A DNA stretch of 248,000 bases from the NCBI RefSeq assembly GCF_000737315.1, contig NZ_JMCB01000002.1:268001-516000 (forward strand), written 5' to 3'. Positions within the stretch are counted from its first letter, which is position 1, and every line of letters begins with the position of its first letter. The translations under genes and the position numbers were made by a program. The notes under the pieces were generated by a model. The model had not been told where the DNA came from. It worked only from the letters and a program-made list of their open reading frames with translations, and made no database searches. This DNA is from Hyalangium minutum. GTDB lineage: Bacteria > Myxococcota > Myxococcia > Myxococcales > Myxococcaceae. This document shows, one piece after another, positions 215,941 through 226,002 of the stretch.

Positions 215941-216437
215941 TGCCGATGGCCCCGAGGACAGCGCGCTTCTCCCTGCGGAAGTTCACGAGCGGGGACGTGG
216001 GCCTGTACCACCAGCTTACGGGGAACGTGCGGGTCATGCAGTTCGTCACGGGCCGCCCATTCACATGGGAGGAGACGGCGGAGAAGTTCGAGCGCATCCT
216101 GGCCAGGAGCGCCCAGCACGAGCACGAGGGCGTCTACGCCATCCACGACTCGGGCACGGACGAGTTCGTGGGGGCCGCCGCGCTGCTGCGAGAGCCCACC
216201 GGGCGGGTGGAACTCGGCTACAGGATCCTCGACACGCACTGGGGACGTGGAATCGCCACAGAGGTAGCCGCCGAGCTGCTGCGTTTCGGCCTCCACGTCC
216301 TACACGCGCCAGCGGTTGTCGCGTATGTGGACGCGGAGAACACCGCGTCCATCCGGGTGTTGGAGAAGATCGGCATGCGGCGCGTGGCCACGACCTCCGA
216401 GGGTGGCTGCACCGAGCACGAGTATCTGCTCGGGTAG
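215940..216437 (+). CDS. GNAT acetyltransferase (RimJ/RimL-like)
   Basis: ELGY, HWGRGIATE, N.ASIRVLEK.G. Confidence 0.88.
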   Translation: MPMAPRTARFSLRKFTSGDVGLYHQLTGNVRVMQFVTGRPFTWEETAEKFERILARSAQHEHEGVYAIHDSGTDEFVGAAALLREPTGRVELGYRILDTHWGRGIATEVAAELLRFGLHVLHAPAVVAYVDAENTASIRVLEKIGMRRVATTSEGGCTEHEYLLG

Positions 216438-216712
216438 AGCGATGATCAGTTCCTGGCTGACAGGTCAGCGGTGGGAACGACCTGTGAGAAGAGAGGGCTG
216501 ACACGTCGAGCCACAGGTGCGCGGTTCCCCGCCCACCATGCCCAGCACCTGCGTAGGCCCTGGTTCGTCCCCGAGCGGCCGCCCAAGGCACGCCCCACAG
216601 CCCAGCGCGGAAAGCGCTGAGGCGCTGATTCCGGAGTCGAGACGCCGGGGGAGCGCTGGCTCCCCTGGCAGGAGAATGCCGGGCGAGCCGGAGGGCGTTA
216701 GGAGAGGCAGCC

Positions 216713-217087
216713 ATGCCCATCAAGACCAAGCGCTGGGTCGTGCCCGCGGAGCCGGATGACGGCCTGAGGGTGCTGATCTGCCGCTACCGGCCACGCGGTG
216801 TGACGAAGGCGAAGGAGACCTGGGACGTCTGGATGCGCGACCTGGCGCCCAGCCCCGAGCTCTTCGACGCCTTCTACGGCAAGGGCCAGACGCCCATCAC
216901 GTTGGATGCCTACCGCGAGCGCTACATGAGCGAGATGCAGGCCCAGCAGGAGAAGATCGCCGAGCTGGCCGCCCGTGTGGACCGGGGCGAGACGGTGACG
217001 CTGCTCTGCTCGAAGGACTGCATCCTGGAGCAGGTGTGCCACCGCACCCTTCTGGCCGAGCTCATCGAGGCTGCTCGGAAGCGCTGA
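216713..217087 (+). CDS. DUF488 family protein
   Basis: DG.RVL..R..PRG, LAPS.EL, CHR. Confidence 0.88.
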   Translation: MPIKTKRWVVPAEPDDGLRVLICRYRPRGVTKAKETWDVWMRDLAPSPELFDAFYGKGQTPITLDAYRERYMSEMQAQQEKIAELAARVDRGETVTLLCSKDCILEQVCHRTLLAELIEAARKR

Positions 217088-217119
217088 GAGGCGCACGCTC
217101 TCAAATGTAGAGTGCTCCC

Positions 217120-217875
217120 ATGACCTCGACCTCCACGCATCGCCGGAGCGCCCTGGGAACCTGGGTGCTCGTGTGTCTCCTCGCGGGGCCGCTCACGGCC
217201 TGGGCGCAGAAGAAGGACTCTTCCCGCGCGAAGTATCTCGCCGAGCTCTCGAAGTTGAAGCGCGCCAAAAAGGGTTCGGTCGAGCCTGTGTTCCATCTGG
217301 GCCTCGCCGCCGCCCAGGAACTGCAGGAGCAAATCATGGAGCGCGACGAGGCTCCCGCGGGTGACCCGAAGGCCAAAACACCCGTGAACACGAAGCTCGA
217401 GGGCTTCAATGTCAGCACCGGGGAGGCGCTCTACGCCGTGCCGCGGACTGCCTACTTCCTGGCGCTCGCCCGGAAGAAGGGCACGCCGGAGGACATCGCC
217501 TTCTTCGAGAACATCCAGCGCACCTTCCCGGAGCACGATGCGTGGCCGGCGTTCGTCGAGCAGCAGACGGACTACAGCGGTTGCACCCTCTACAACTCGC
217601 CGGAGCTCATCTCCGTTTACCGGGGCTGGTCTGAGTTCGCCGCGAAGTATCCCAAGGCCTACCCGGAAGAGGTGGCCAAAGAACTCGAACGCATCCACGA
217701 GGCGATGACCCAGGAGGAAGGCTGTGCCTGCGAGAAGGCCGAGGGCGTCACCGCCGGCTTCGAGGCCTTTCTCAAGGCCTTCCCGAAGGCTCCCATCGCC
217801 GACACGGTGAAGGCGCGCCTGGAGGCCTTGCGGGCAGGGAAGAGCGACATTCGCTTCGAGTGCCAGAGCGGCTGA
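217120..217875 (+). CDS. Exported hypothetical protein
   Basis: Signal peptide; QQTDY.GC. Confidence 0.6.
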   Translation: MTSTSTHRRSALGTWVLVCLLAGPLTAWAQKKDSSRAKYLAELSKLKRAKKGSVEPVFHLGLAAAQELQEQIMERDEAPAGDPKAKTPVNTKLEGFNVSTGEALYAVPRTAYFLALARKKGTPEDIAFFENIQRTFPEHDAWPAFVEQQTDYSGCTLYNSPELISVYRGWSEFAAKYPKAYPEEVAKELERIHEAMTQEEGCACEKAEGVTAGFEAFLKAFPKAPIADTVKARLEALRAGKSDIRFECQSG

Positions 217876-217959
217876 GGACACACGAAACAACAGAGGCCGC
217901 AGCCCGGAGGTCCTTGAAGGGGGATAAGCACCTCCGAGCTGCGAGGCCTCCCGGGCGCC

Positions 217960-219000
217960 TTAGCGGCGGCCCGTTCCCGGCGCGCCGTGGTCCGGCAGTT
218001 CCACGGCGGTGCCGTCGAGCGTCGCGGTGCCGCAGTCCGGCCCGAACACCAGCGTGTGCGTCGTGCCGTCCGAGGTGGCACGCGTGAGGGTGCCAGCGGT
218101 CGGCCAGCGGCACACATTCCGCGGCGCGCGCACGATGTTCTCCAGCGTCACCGTGCCTGTGGTGCCGTCGAGGTACGCCTCGGTGTACGAGCCGTTCACC
218201 GTGCGCGTCGGCGGCGTGTCGCTGGAGAACTCCACCGTCATGGAGCCGGTCAGGTGCACCGAGCTCACCACCGAGCCCGACGCATCGGTGCGAGAGCGCG
218301 TGACATCGGCCTGGGTCGTCTTCGTCTGCGGCGGAGCCTCCCCGTTGAGCGTCGCGCTCGAGGAGGTGGTGCCCTGCACCGTCGACACGGAGCCATCCTC
218401 TCCCGTGCGGGAGAGCTGGAAGGTCACGCTCTGGTCCTGCTGCACCGTGGAGCAGTCCTCGGACGCCTTGTAGTCATAAGCGATGTCCACCGTGCCGCTG
218501 GAGGGACCGAAGCGCGGCCCGCCGCACGTCTTCAGGTCCCCGTCTCCCGGCGCTGGCGTCGTCGGCGTCGTGGTGGTGTCCATGCTCGAGACGGTGCCGG
218601 TGCTCGTGCCGCCCGTGCCGCCGGACGGAGGCTGACGTCCCCCGCCTCCGCCGTGGCCACCACCGCGCCCACCGCCCCCGGGCCTGCCAGGGGACTCGCA
218701 GTCGGTCCACTCGAGGTGAACCGTGGCGGGGAGGCTCTTGCCACAGACATCCACGTAGGTGATGTCCGGGCTGGCGTCACAGTGGAAGCCCTCCACCGCA
218801 TCCGGACGCAGCGTGTGCAGGCCGCGCATCAGGCTCGATACCTCGACCGCATCGCTCGAGTCCGAGGTGGCCTCCACCGTCTGAGACACCACCTCCGTGG
218901 TGTCCTCTTCCGAGCTGTTCCCCGTGCACCCGCTCGTCAGCGCCCCGGCGACGAGGGCGACGGCTCCCAGCCATGAGCTGCTCTTCTTCCAGTGCGTCAT
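217960..219000 (-). CDS. Thr/Gly-rich lipoprotein
   Basis: Lipobox TSGC; C.WPT.G. Confidence 0.7.
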   Translation of the reverse strand: MTHWKKSSSWLGAVALVAGALTSGCTGNSSEEDTTEVVSQTVEATSDSSDAVEVSSLMRGLHTLRPDAVEGFHCDASPDITYVDVCGKSLPATVHLEWTDCESPGRPGGGGRGGGHGGGGGRQPPSGGTGGTSTGTVSSMDTTTTPTTPAPGDGDLKTCGGPRFGPSSGTVDIAYDYKASEDCSTVQQDQSVTFQLSRTGEDGSVSTVQGTTSSSATLNGEAPPQTKTTQADVTRSRTDASGSVVSSVHLTGSMTVEFSSDTPPTRTVNGSYTEAYLDGTTGTVTLENIVRAPRNVCRWPTAGTLTRATSDGTTHTLVFGPDCGTATLDGTAVELPDHGAPGTGRR

Positions 219001-219131
219001 ATGTGCTCCCGTGCGTTTCGGTTCCGGCCCGAACCGACTGCATGCGGAGAGACGAGAAGGGGAATTTTCGTGTTCCCGGCACCGTGCGCGTTTTTGCGGA
219101 CCCATCCTTGGGGGAAGCTAGACTGGGGGCC

Positions 219132-219773
219132 TTGGCCGAGAACGAAGAGCTGCGCGCATTGATCGCCGAGGCCCAGGACGGCAGCGTCCGCGCCTTCGAG
219201 CTGTTGGTGTCCTCGTACCTGCCCCAGGTGCGCCGCTTCGCGCGCGCGTTCGCCAGGTCAGACTCGGATGCGGACGACTTGGCGCAGGAGGCACTGGTCA
219301 AGGTCTACAAGAGCCTGCGCTCGTACCGCTTCCAGTCCGCGTTCAAGACGTGGCTCTATGCGGTGGTGCGCAACGTCGTCGTGGACGCGGCGCGCAGCCG
219401 CGCGGGCCGGGAGCGCTCTCAAGAGGATCCGCTCCCCACGGACCATGCCCGGCTGCCTTCCACCGCCGAGCCGCCCGATGAGGGCCTCGCTCGGGCGCAG
219501 GAGCGACAGCGGCTCTGGAAGGCGCTGCGTCAACTGCCGGAGGAGTTCCGCACGGCGGTGGTGCTCTTCGATGTCGAGGGGCACACGTATGACGAGGTGG
219601 CAGCCATCGAAGGCGTGCCCATCGGTACAGTAAAATCGAGGCTTTCGCGGGGCCGGACGCTGCTCCGGGACTTGCTGGCGGGCGAGCGGGCGCCCGATCC
219701 GGCGGCGAGTGAAGCCACGGTGGGAACATCCGGCCCAGGTGTTTCGTCCCATGGGCGTAGGAGCGAGAAATGA
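219132..219773 (+). CDS. ECF sigma factor
   Basis: D.DDLAQE, FKTWLY, Y.E.A...G.PIGTVKSRL.R. Confidence 0.92.
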   Translation: MAENEELRALIAEAQDGSVRAFELLVSSYLPQVRRFARAFARSDSDADDLAQEALVKVYKSLRSYRFQSAFKTWLYAVVRNVVVDAARSRAGRERSQEDPLPTDHARLPSTAEPPDEGLARAQERQRLWKALRQLPEEFRTAVVLFDVEGHTYDEVAAIEGVPIGTVKSRLSRGRTLLRDLLAGERAPDPAASEATVGTSGPGVSSHGRRSEK

Positions 219774-220369
219774 GTGAGCTGGAGCCATCGGAGGAGCGCG
219801 CGCTGCGAGAGCAGCTGGGAGCGCTGCGGGAAGACCCGCCCGAGCTGGGCTTCCAGGCCTCGCTCCATCGGCGGCTGGCCGCGGCGGGCCCGCCAGAGCC
219901 CGCGTCCGGGTGGGACCGGGTCCGCTCGTTCTTCCGCCGGGGGGCGCCGGTGCTCTGGCCCGCGGTGGGGGTCGCGGCGGGCGTGGCCGCGTTCCTGATT
220001 CTGAGCGCCGTGCAGACGCCTCCGGCCGCTCCGCAGGGCTCCGCCGAGGTGGCGCAGCCGCTGGAGACGCCGGGCACGGCCGTGCCAGCCAGCAAGGTGG
220101 CGGTCATCAAGCTGGACTTCACGGCGGACGTGGCGGTGGAGGAGGCGGACTTCCAGGTGAGCCTGCCCGAGGGCCTGTCCTTCTGGGCGGACGGCGAGGA
220201 CTTGCCGCTGCGCTCCTTCCAATGGACGCAGCCGCTGAACGCAGGCAGCAACGTCATCCCCATCGCGGTGCGCGGGCACAAGCCGGGCCGCTATCTGGTC
220301 ACGGCGATGGCTCGCGCGGGAGATCAGAAGATAGAGCATGATGTGGTGCTCGAGGTGACTGACGGATGA
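219770..220369 (+). CDS. Putative anti-sigma factor
   Basis: Overlaps sigma stop; single TM. Confidence 0.65.
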   Translation: MSELEPSEERALREQLGALREDPPELGFQASLHRRLAAAGPPEPASGWDRVRSFFRRGAPVLWPAVGVAAGVAAFLILSAVQTPPAAPQGSAEVAQPLETPGTAVPASKVAVIKLDFTADVAVEEADFQVSLPEGLSFWADGEDLPLRSFQWTQPLNAGSNVIPIAVRGHKPGRYLVTAMARAGDQKIEHDVVLEVTDG

Positions 220370-220890
220370 ACCGGTCCATTGCACAGCTCGGGGCAGTCGC
220401 CGTGGCGCTCGTGCTGCTCGGGGCCGGGAGCGCGCGTGCGCAGGCTCAGGCGGTGCCCCCGCCCACAGCGCCCCCGCCTCAAGCAGCGCCCCCACCTGCA
220501 TCTCCTCCACAAGGAGCACCGGCCCAGACGGCTCCGGCGGACACGGGCGCGATCCGTGGCCCTGATGCTCCGGCACCCTCCGCGCTGGAGCCGCGAGGCG
220601 CGGAGCCGCGCGTCCGCGTGCGCAGCTCGCACACCGTGGACGTCATCGCGCCGGGTGAGAAGGTCGACACGATTCTGGGCCGGATGCGCACGGAGCGTCC
220701 GGCACCTCCACCGCGAGGAGACACGGTACGGCCGCCTCCAGGCCCGGATGGACGAGGTGCTCACCGCCAGCAGGGCCCGGGGCGCTCAGGACCGCCGCGC
220801 CCCGGTGAGGATGGGCGCGGTCCGCCATCTCCTCGCACGGACGGCACTCCTCCTCCCCCGGGCTCCCAGCTTCCGCCACCGCCGCGATGA
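220366..220890 (+). CDS. Pro-rich exported protein
   Basis: Signal peptide; coupled to neighbours. Confidence 0.55.
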   Translation: MNRSIAQLGAVAVALVLLGAGSARAQAQAVPPPTAPPPQAAPPPASPPQGAPAQTAPADTGAIRGPDAPAPSALEPRGAEPRVRVRSSHTVDVIAPGEKVDTILGRMRTERPAPPPRGDTVRPPPGPDGRGAHRQQGPGRSGPPRPGEDGRGPPSPRTDGTPPPPGSQLPPPPR

Positions 220891-222695
220891 TGCTCGCCCC
220901 AGTGCTTGCCCTCCTGGCGCTGTCGGCCACGGGGGCTTCGCTCACAGAGGCACAGCAGGCCTTCGCCGAGGGACGGTACGAGGGCGCGGAGCAATTGGCG
221001 CTGCAGGCCGCGAAACCTCCACAGGAAGGCGCCGCGCTCTACCTGGTGGGCTTGGCGCGCTTTCGCAGTGGGCGGCCGGCCGACGCCCTGGAGGCGCTCG
221101 AGGCTGCGGGCAAGGCGCAGGACGCGCCCGAGCGGGCGCCCTGGAACTTCAACCGCGGCGCCTGTCTGTACGAGCTGGGCCGCTTCGAGGAGGCCGAGCA
221201 GGCCTTCCTCCAGGCCGCGGCGGACGAGTCCCTCTCCCGGGTGGCTTGGGTGAATGCGGGCTTCGCCGCGCTGGATGCGGGCTTCCCCGAGCGGGCCGCG
221301 CAGTGGGCAGCTCGGGCGAAGGCAGGAGCCGCCGAGCGGGAGCTCGCGCTGGTGGAGGAACTGCTCTCGGAAGTGGCGCACGCAAAGGGAGCCACGGTGA
221401 GCGCGGGCGACGAGTCCTATCGACAGGGCCTCACGTCCTTTGACGCCGGGCGCTTCGAGGAGGCGCGCACGCATTTCCTGGAGGCCGCGAAGTGGGAAGG
221501 CTCCTCTGGCCGCGCGCGGCTCATGGCGGGAGCCTCCGCCTACCGGACGGGAGACCGGGTGGCGGCGCGGGAGGACATCGTGACGGCGCTGGCGCTGCGG
221601 TTGGAGCCCCGGGACAGGGAAGTCGCCCGGGACTACCTCGACCGGCTCTCCTACGGCCTTCGCTCCAGCGGGCAGGGGCTGGGGGCCTCGGTGGGGGCGG
221701 GCGTGGGTTACGACAGCAACGTGCTGCAGGTGGGCGTGGCGGCGCGGGATGGTTCGCTCGGGTCGAGGACGCTGGATACCGCCAGCCAGTTCGTGGAGGT
221801 GGGGCTCGGGCTCGTCGCGCGGCTGCGGCTCTCGGACACGGTGTTCTCCGAGCTGTCGTACGGCGGCTCGCAGCGGGCGTACACGGAGAGCTCCGCCAGC
221901 GACTACTCGCTGCAGCTGCACCGCGCGGGAGCCGCCGTGGAGTGGGACGCCGTGCGCCGCCTTCGCCTGGGCGCCTCGGCCAACGGGGAGGTGTACTTCA
222001 CCGGCATCTCGGCGTTCCGGGGGCTGCAGGCCTCAGCCACGGGCTCGGTGTGGGTGGCGCTGGACGAGAATGAGCTGACGAGCACGCGGCTCGATGCCTC
222101 TTTCTCGCGCAAGGTGGGGCTCGCCAGCGAGTTCAGCTACCTCACGGGCCGGCGGCTGGATGCGACGCTGTCCCAGGACCTGCGCCTCCGGAAGTTTCTG
222201 CTGACAGGGTGGTACCGCTACCGGGAAGACCGCATCGGCACGCTGATGCAGTCGGCCTCCAGCGGGGGCTCCGGCCTGCTGCAGGAGTACGTCATCCCCT
222301 TTGCCTGGGCGGGCCACGCCACGGGCGCATCGGCGCGCTGGGAGCTGGGCGAGGGCTTCGAGGCGAGCCTCTACGCGGGGCTGGAGTGGCGCCGCTACCT
222401 CAGCGAGAGCTTCCTGCGCGTCCAGTTGTTGGACGGGAGCGAGCAGGAGTGGGGGCATCGCCAGCGCCGGGACACGCGCCTCGTCCTGGGCCCGGCCCTG
222501 AGCGCCCAACTGGGCAAGCACCTCCAGTTGTCCGTGCGGTACGACTTCCTGTCGAACGACTCGAACGTGGACACGCGGCTGGCCGACCCGGCGGATGCAT
222601 GCGAGGCGCCGGACTACGTGTGCCATCGCTACGACTACACGAACGGGAACTACCAGAAGCACCAGCCCATGTTGGAGCTGAGCGGGACGTGGTGA
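220887..222695 (+). CDS. TPR plus beta-barrel outer membrane protein
   Basis: TPRs, GYDSNV, terminal W. Confidence 0.7.
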   Translation: MMLAPVLALLALSATGASLTEAQQAFAEGRYEGAEQLALQAAKPPQEGAALYLVGLARFRSGRPADALEALEAAGKAQDAPERAPWNFNRGACLYELGRFEEAEQAFLQAAADESLSRVAWVNAGFAALDAGFPERAAQWAARAKAGAAERELALVEELLSEVAHAKGATVSAGDESYRQGLTSFDAGRFEEARTHFLEAAKWEGSSGRARLMAGASAYRTGDRVAAREDIVTALALRLEPRDREVARDYLDRLSYGLRSSGQGLGASVGAGVGYDSNVLQVGVAARDGSLGSRTLDTASQFVEVGLGLVARLRLSDTVFSELSYGGSQRAYTESSASDYSLQLHRAGAAVEWDAVRRLRLGASANGEVYFTGISAFRGLQASATGSVWVALDENELTSTRLDASFSRKVGLASEFSYLTGRRLDATLSQDLRLRKFLLTGWYRYREDRIGTLMQSASSGGSGLLQEYVIPFAWAGHATGASARWELGEGFEASLYAGLEWRRYLSESFLRVQLLDGSEQEWGHRQRRDTRLVLGPALSAQLGKHLQLSVRYDFLSNDSNVDTRLADPADACEAPDYVCHRYDYTNGNYQKHQPMLELSGTW

Positions 222696-222813
222696 CGGGC
222701 TGCGGCTCGAAGAAGCTCCTGGAGCCTGGACAACCTGAGAGGTTCACCTTCCCACTCCCAACGTGCCAGGCAAGCTGCTAGGGTGCGCGCCTTCTCGCAG
222801 AGGGGGGTACGCC

Positions 222814-223584
222814 ATGGCAGCAAGGAAGGGACGCTTCGACTGGTTCGACCTGATGACGCCGGACGTGGCCGCAGCCCGGTCGTTCTACACGGCCGTCATC
222901 GGCTGGAAGACCACGAAGTGGGAGCAAGCTGACTATGAGATGTGGACCGTAGGGAATGAGACCATCGGCGGGATGATGGCCCTGCCGGCGGAGGAGACGA
223001 AGCGGGGCACGCCGCCGCACTGGCTGGCCCATATCGAGACAGATGACGTCGACGCCACGGTGAAGAAGGCGCAAGAGCTTGGGGGCAAGGTGCTCCGGCC
223101 GGGGACGGACATCCCCACCGTGGGCCGCTTCGCCATCCTGGCGGATCCGCAGGGCGCCATCTTCGGCGTGTTCCGGCCGCAGGAGCCGATGAACGATGCT
223201 CCCCGCAAGCCGGGCTACTTCACCTGGCACGAGCTGAACACCACCGACTACCAGGGCGCCTGGAAGTTCTACTCGGAGCTGTTCGGGTGGAAGCACACCC
223301 GCTCCATGGACATGGGCCCGGAGATGGGCGCGTATTGGATGTTCGGCTACGACGCGCAGACCTCTCTCGGAGGGATGTCGAACGTCGCCGTGCAGATGAA
223401 GGTGCCGGCGCATTGGCTCTACTACGTGTCGGTAGAGGACCTCGACGCGGCTCTGGCGCGCGTGAAGCAGCTCGGAGGTCAAATCCTCAACGGGCCCATG
223501 GAAGTGCCGGGCGGCGATCGGATCGCCCAGTGTATGGATCCGCAGGGGGGGATGTTCGCCCTCCACATGAGCCCTCAGTCCTAG
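222814..223584 (+). CDS. Two-domain VOC family protein
   Basis: W..L.T.D, FY..., DPQG. Confidence 0.9.
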   Translation: MAARKGRFDWFDLMTPDVAAARSFYTAVIGWKTTKWEQADYEMWTVGNETIGGMMALPAEETKRGTPPHWLAHIETDDVDATVKKAQELGGKVLRPGTDIPTVGRFAILADPQGAIFGVFRPQEPMNDAPRKPGYFTWHELNTTDYQGAWKFYSELFGWKHTRSMDMGPEMGAYWMFGYDAQTSLGGMSNVAVQMKVPAHWLYYVSVEDLDAALARVKQLGGQILNGPMEVPGGDRIAQCMDPQGGMFALHMSPQS

Positions 223585-223607
223585 CCCGCTTCCCAGGAGT
223601 GACAGAC

Positions 223608-224102
223608 ATGTCCAAGATCATTCCCTGCCTCTGGTTCAACTACGACGCCGAGGAGGCCGCGAAGTTCTACGTCACGCTGCTGCCCAACTCCCGCATCGAC
223701 AAGGTGACGCGCTCTCCGGCCGACAACCCGAGCATGTCCGCGGGCGCGGTGCTGACCGTGGAGTTCACGCTCGCCGGACAGCCCTTCGTGGGGCTCAACG
223801 GTGGCCCGCAGTTCCCCTTCACCGAGGGCGTGTCCTTCACCATCGACTGCGAGGACCAGGCCGAGGTGGACCGGCTGTGGGAGACGCTGTCGAAGGACGG
223901 CGGCAAGCCGGGACAGTGTGGCTGGATCAAGGATCGGTTCGGGCTCTCATGGCAGATCGTCCCGCGCGCCCTGAACCAGCTGCTGCAGGGCTCCAACCGC
224001 GAGGGCGCGGCCCGCGCCATGCAGGCGATGCTCAAGATGAGCAAGCTCGACGTCGCCGCGCTCCAGCGCGCCTATGACGGCGCGAGCGCTCCCAAGCACT
224101 GA
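223608..224102 (+). CDS. PhnB-like VOC protein
   Basis: PCLWF...AEEA, LNGGP.F.F, CGW.KDRFG.SWQ. Confidence 0.9.
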   Translation: MSKIIPCLWFNYDAEEAAKFYVTLLPNSRIDKVTRSPADNPSMSAGAVLTVEFTLAGQPFVGLNGGPQFPFTEGVSFTIDCEDQAEVDRLWETLSKDGGKPGQCGWIKDRFGLSWQIVPRALNQLLQGSNREGAARAMQAMLKMSKLDVAALQRAYDGASAPKH

Positions 224103-224110
224103 GGGACGCC

Positions 224111-224950
224111 TTACGGGCCCGCTGGCGGCTTCGGGGCCACGCTGGCGCGCATGAAGGCCATGTACTCGTCCTCGGAGGTCTGCCGGCGTGCGCGAACGAG
224201 CGGGAGAATGTCGCTCGTCGCCACGTAGCGCAGGCGCTCCGAGGTGTCGTTCGTTGCCTCGAAGATGACCTCGGCGACGTGCTCGGACGTCGAGTCCTTG
224301 CTCGCGCTGCGCGAGGCCCGCATCGCCGCGAAGACCTGGTGCGCCTCCGAGACGAAGGAGTCGTAGTCCCGGATGCCGCTCGAGAGCAGGCTTGCCTCCT
224401 TCGCGGAGCGCTCACCGAACTTCGTGGTGATGACGCCGCCTGGCTCGACGATCTTCACGCGGATGCCGAGCGCGCCAAGCTCGTACGAGAGGGACTCGGA
224501 GAAGCCCTCGAGCGCGAACTTGCTCGCGTTGTAGAGGGAGATCATCGGCAGCGCGAACACGCCCGCGCCGGAGCTCACGTTGACGATGCAGCCTCCCTTG
224601 TTGGCGCGGAAGTGCGGCAGCACCGCGCGCACGACGTTCATGACGCCGAAGACGTTCACCTCGAACTGCTCGCGGACCTTCTCGTCCGGGGTCAGCTCGA
224701 AGACGCCGAACGCGCCATAGCCCGCGTTGTTCACCACGGCGTCAATGCGTCCGAACCGCGTGAGGCCCGCATCGATGGCGGCGCGGATCGTCTCGGGCTT
224801 CTGGACGTCGAGCGGGGTGACGAACGTGCCGGGAAGCTCCTGGGGCGTTCGCATGGTGGCGATGACGTTCCAGCCACGGGCGGCAAACAGCTCCGCGGTG
224901 GCCTTGCCGAACCCAGATGATGCGCCGGTGATGAGGACGGTCTTCTTCAT
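224111..224950 (-). CDS. SDR oxidoreductase
   Basis: TGASSGFG, NNAG, YNASK. Confidence 0.9.
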   Translation of the reverse strand: MKKTVLITGASSGFGKATAELFAARGWNVIATMRTPQELPGTFVTPLDVQKPETIRAAIDAGLTRFGRIDAVVNNAGYGAFGVFELTPDEKVREQFEVNVFGVMNVVRAVLPHFRANKGGCIVNVSSGAGVFALPMISLYNASKFALEGFSESLSYELGALGIRVKIVEPGGVITTKFGERSAKEASLLSSGIRDYDSFVSEAHQVFAAMRASRSASKDSTSEHVAEVIFEATNDTSERLRYVATSDILPLVRARRQTSEDEYMAFMRASVAPKPPAGP

Positions 224951-225042
224951 GGTGCTCCTCCTGTGGAGACCGTCAGATAGCGGCGCGGGACTGGTGCAAC
225001 AATCACAGCAACATGAGATGAACTGGTGCAGGAGACAGCACA

Positions 225043-225951
225043 ATGAAACGACCGGATCTCTTCGAGCTCCAGGCCATCTCGGCAGTGGCCTCCCGCCGCA
225101 GCTTCCGGGCCGCCGCGGCCGAGCTGAGCCTCTCGCCGTCAGCGCTGAGCCATCGGGTGGCGGCGCTCGAGCGGCGGCTCGGCGTCCGGCTCTTCCAGCG
225201 CACGACGCGCAGCGTGTCGCTCACGGAGGCGGGGGAGCAGTTTCTCGCGCGCGTTCGGCCCGCGCTCGCCGAGCTCTCGGCGGCGATGGAGATGGTCAAA
225301 GAGTTCCGCGACACGCCCGCGGGCACGCTGCGCATCACCACCTCGGAGGGCGCCGCGCGGCAGGTGCTCACGCCCGTGGTGCTCGAGTTCATGGAGCGCT
225401 ACCCCGACATGCGGGTGGAGCTGGTGGTCGAGTCGCGGTTCATGGACATCGTGAAGGAGGGCTTCGACGCGGGTCTCCGGCTGCTCGAAGCGGTGCCGCA
225501 GGACATGGTGGCCGTGTCCTGTGGCCCGAGGCAGCGCTCCGTGGTGGTCGGCTCTCCCCGGTACTTCAAGGCGAACCCCCGGCCGAAGGTGCCGGCCGAC
225601 CTGCGCGCGCACCGCTGCATCCGCACGCGGAAGCGGAATGGCGGCATCTACGCGTGGGAGTTCGAACGACGGGGCGAGGAGCTGGAGATCGAGGTGGATG
225701 GGCCGCTCACACTCGACACGCTCTCGCTGGTGATAGAGGCGGCGATGAATGGCGCGGGGCTCGCGTATCTGAGCGAGTGGGAGGTTCGCTCGGCGCTTGC
225801 TTCCGGAAAGCTCGTGAGCGTGCTGGAGGACTGGTTGCCCTCATACCCGGGGCTGTGCGTCTTCTATCCGAGCCACCGCCACGTGCCTGCGGGGCTGCGA
225901 GCCTTCGTGGAGGTGGTGAAGCAGTTCACGAAGCGCCAGGAAAGTGTGTGA
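225043..225951 (+). CDS. LysR-family regulator
   Basis: HTH plus substrate-binding domain. Confidence 0.92.
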   Translation: MKRPDLFELQAISAVASRRSFRAAAAELSLSPSALSHRVAALERRLGVRLFQRTTRSVSLTEAGEQFLARVRPALAELSAAMEMVKEFRDTPAGTLRITTSEGAARQVLTPVVLEFMERYPDMRVELVVESRFMDIVKEGFDAGLRLLEAVPQDMVAVSCGPRQRSVVVGSPRYFKANPRPKVPADLRAHRCIRTRKRNGGIYAWEFERRGEELEIEVDGPLTLDTLSLVIEAAMNGAGLAYLSEWEVRSALASGKLVSVLEDWLPSYPGLCVFYPSHRHVPAGLRAFVEVVKQFTKRQESV

Positions 225952-226002
225952 GTGGAAAGCGGCTATGCTGGCGCCTCTTTTGTGGTGGGAAGGAGATGGA
226001 AG

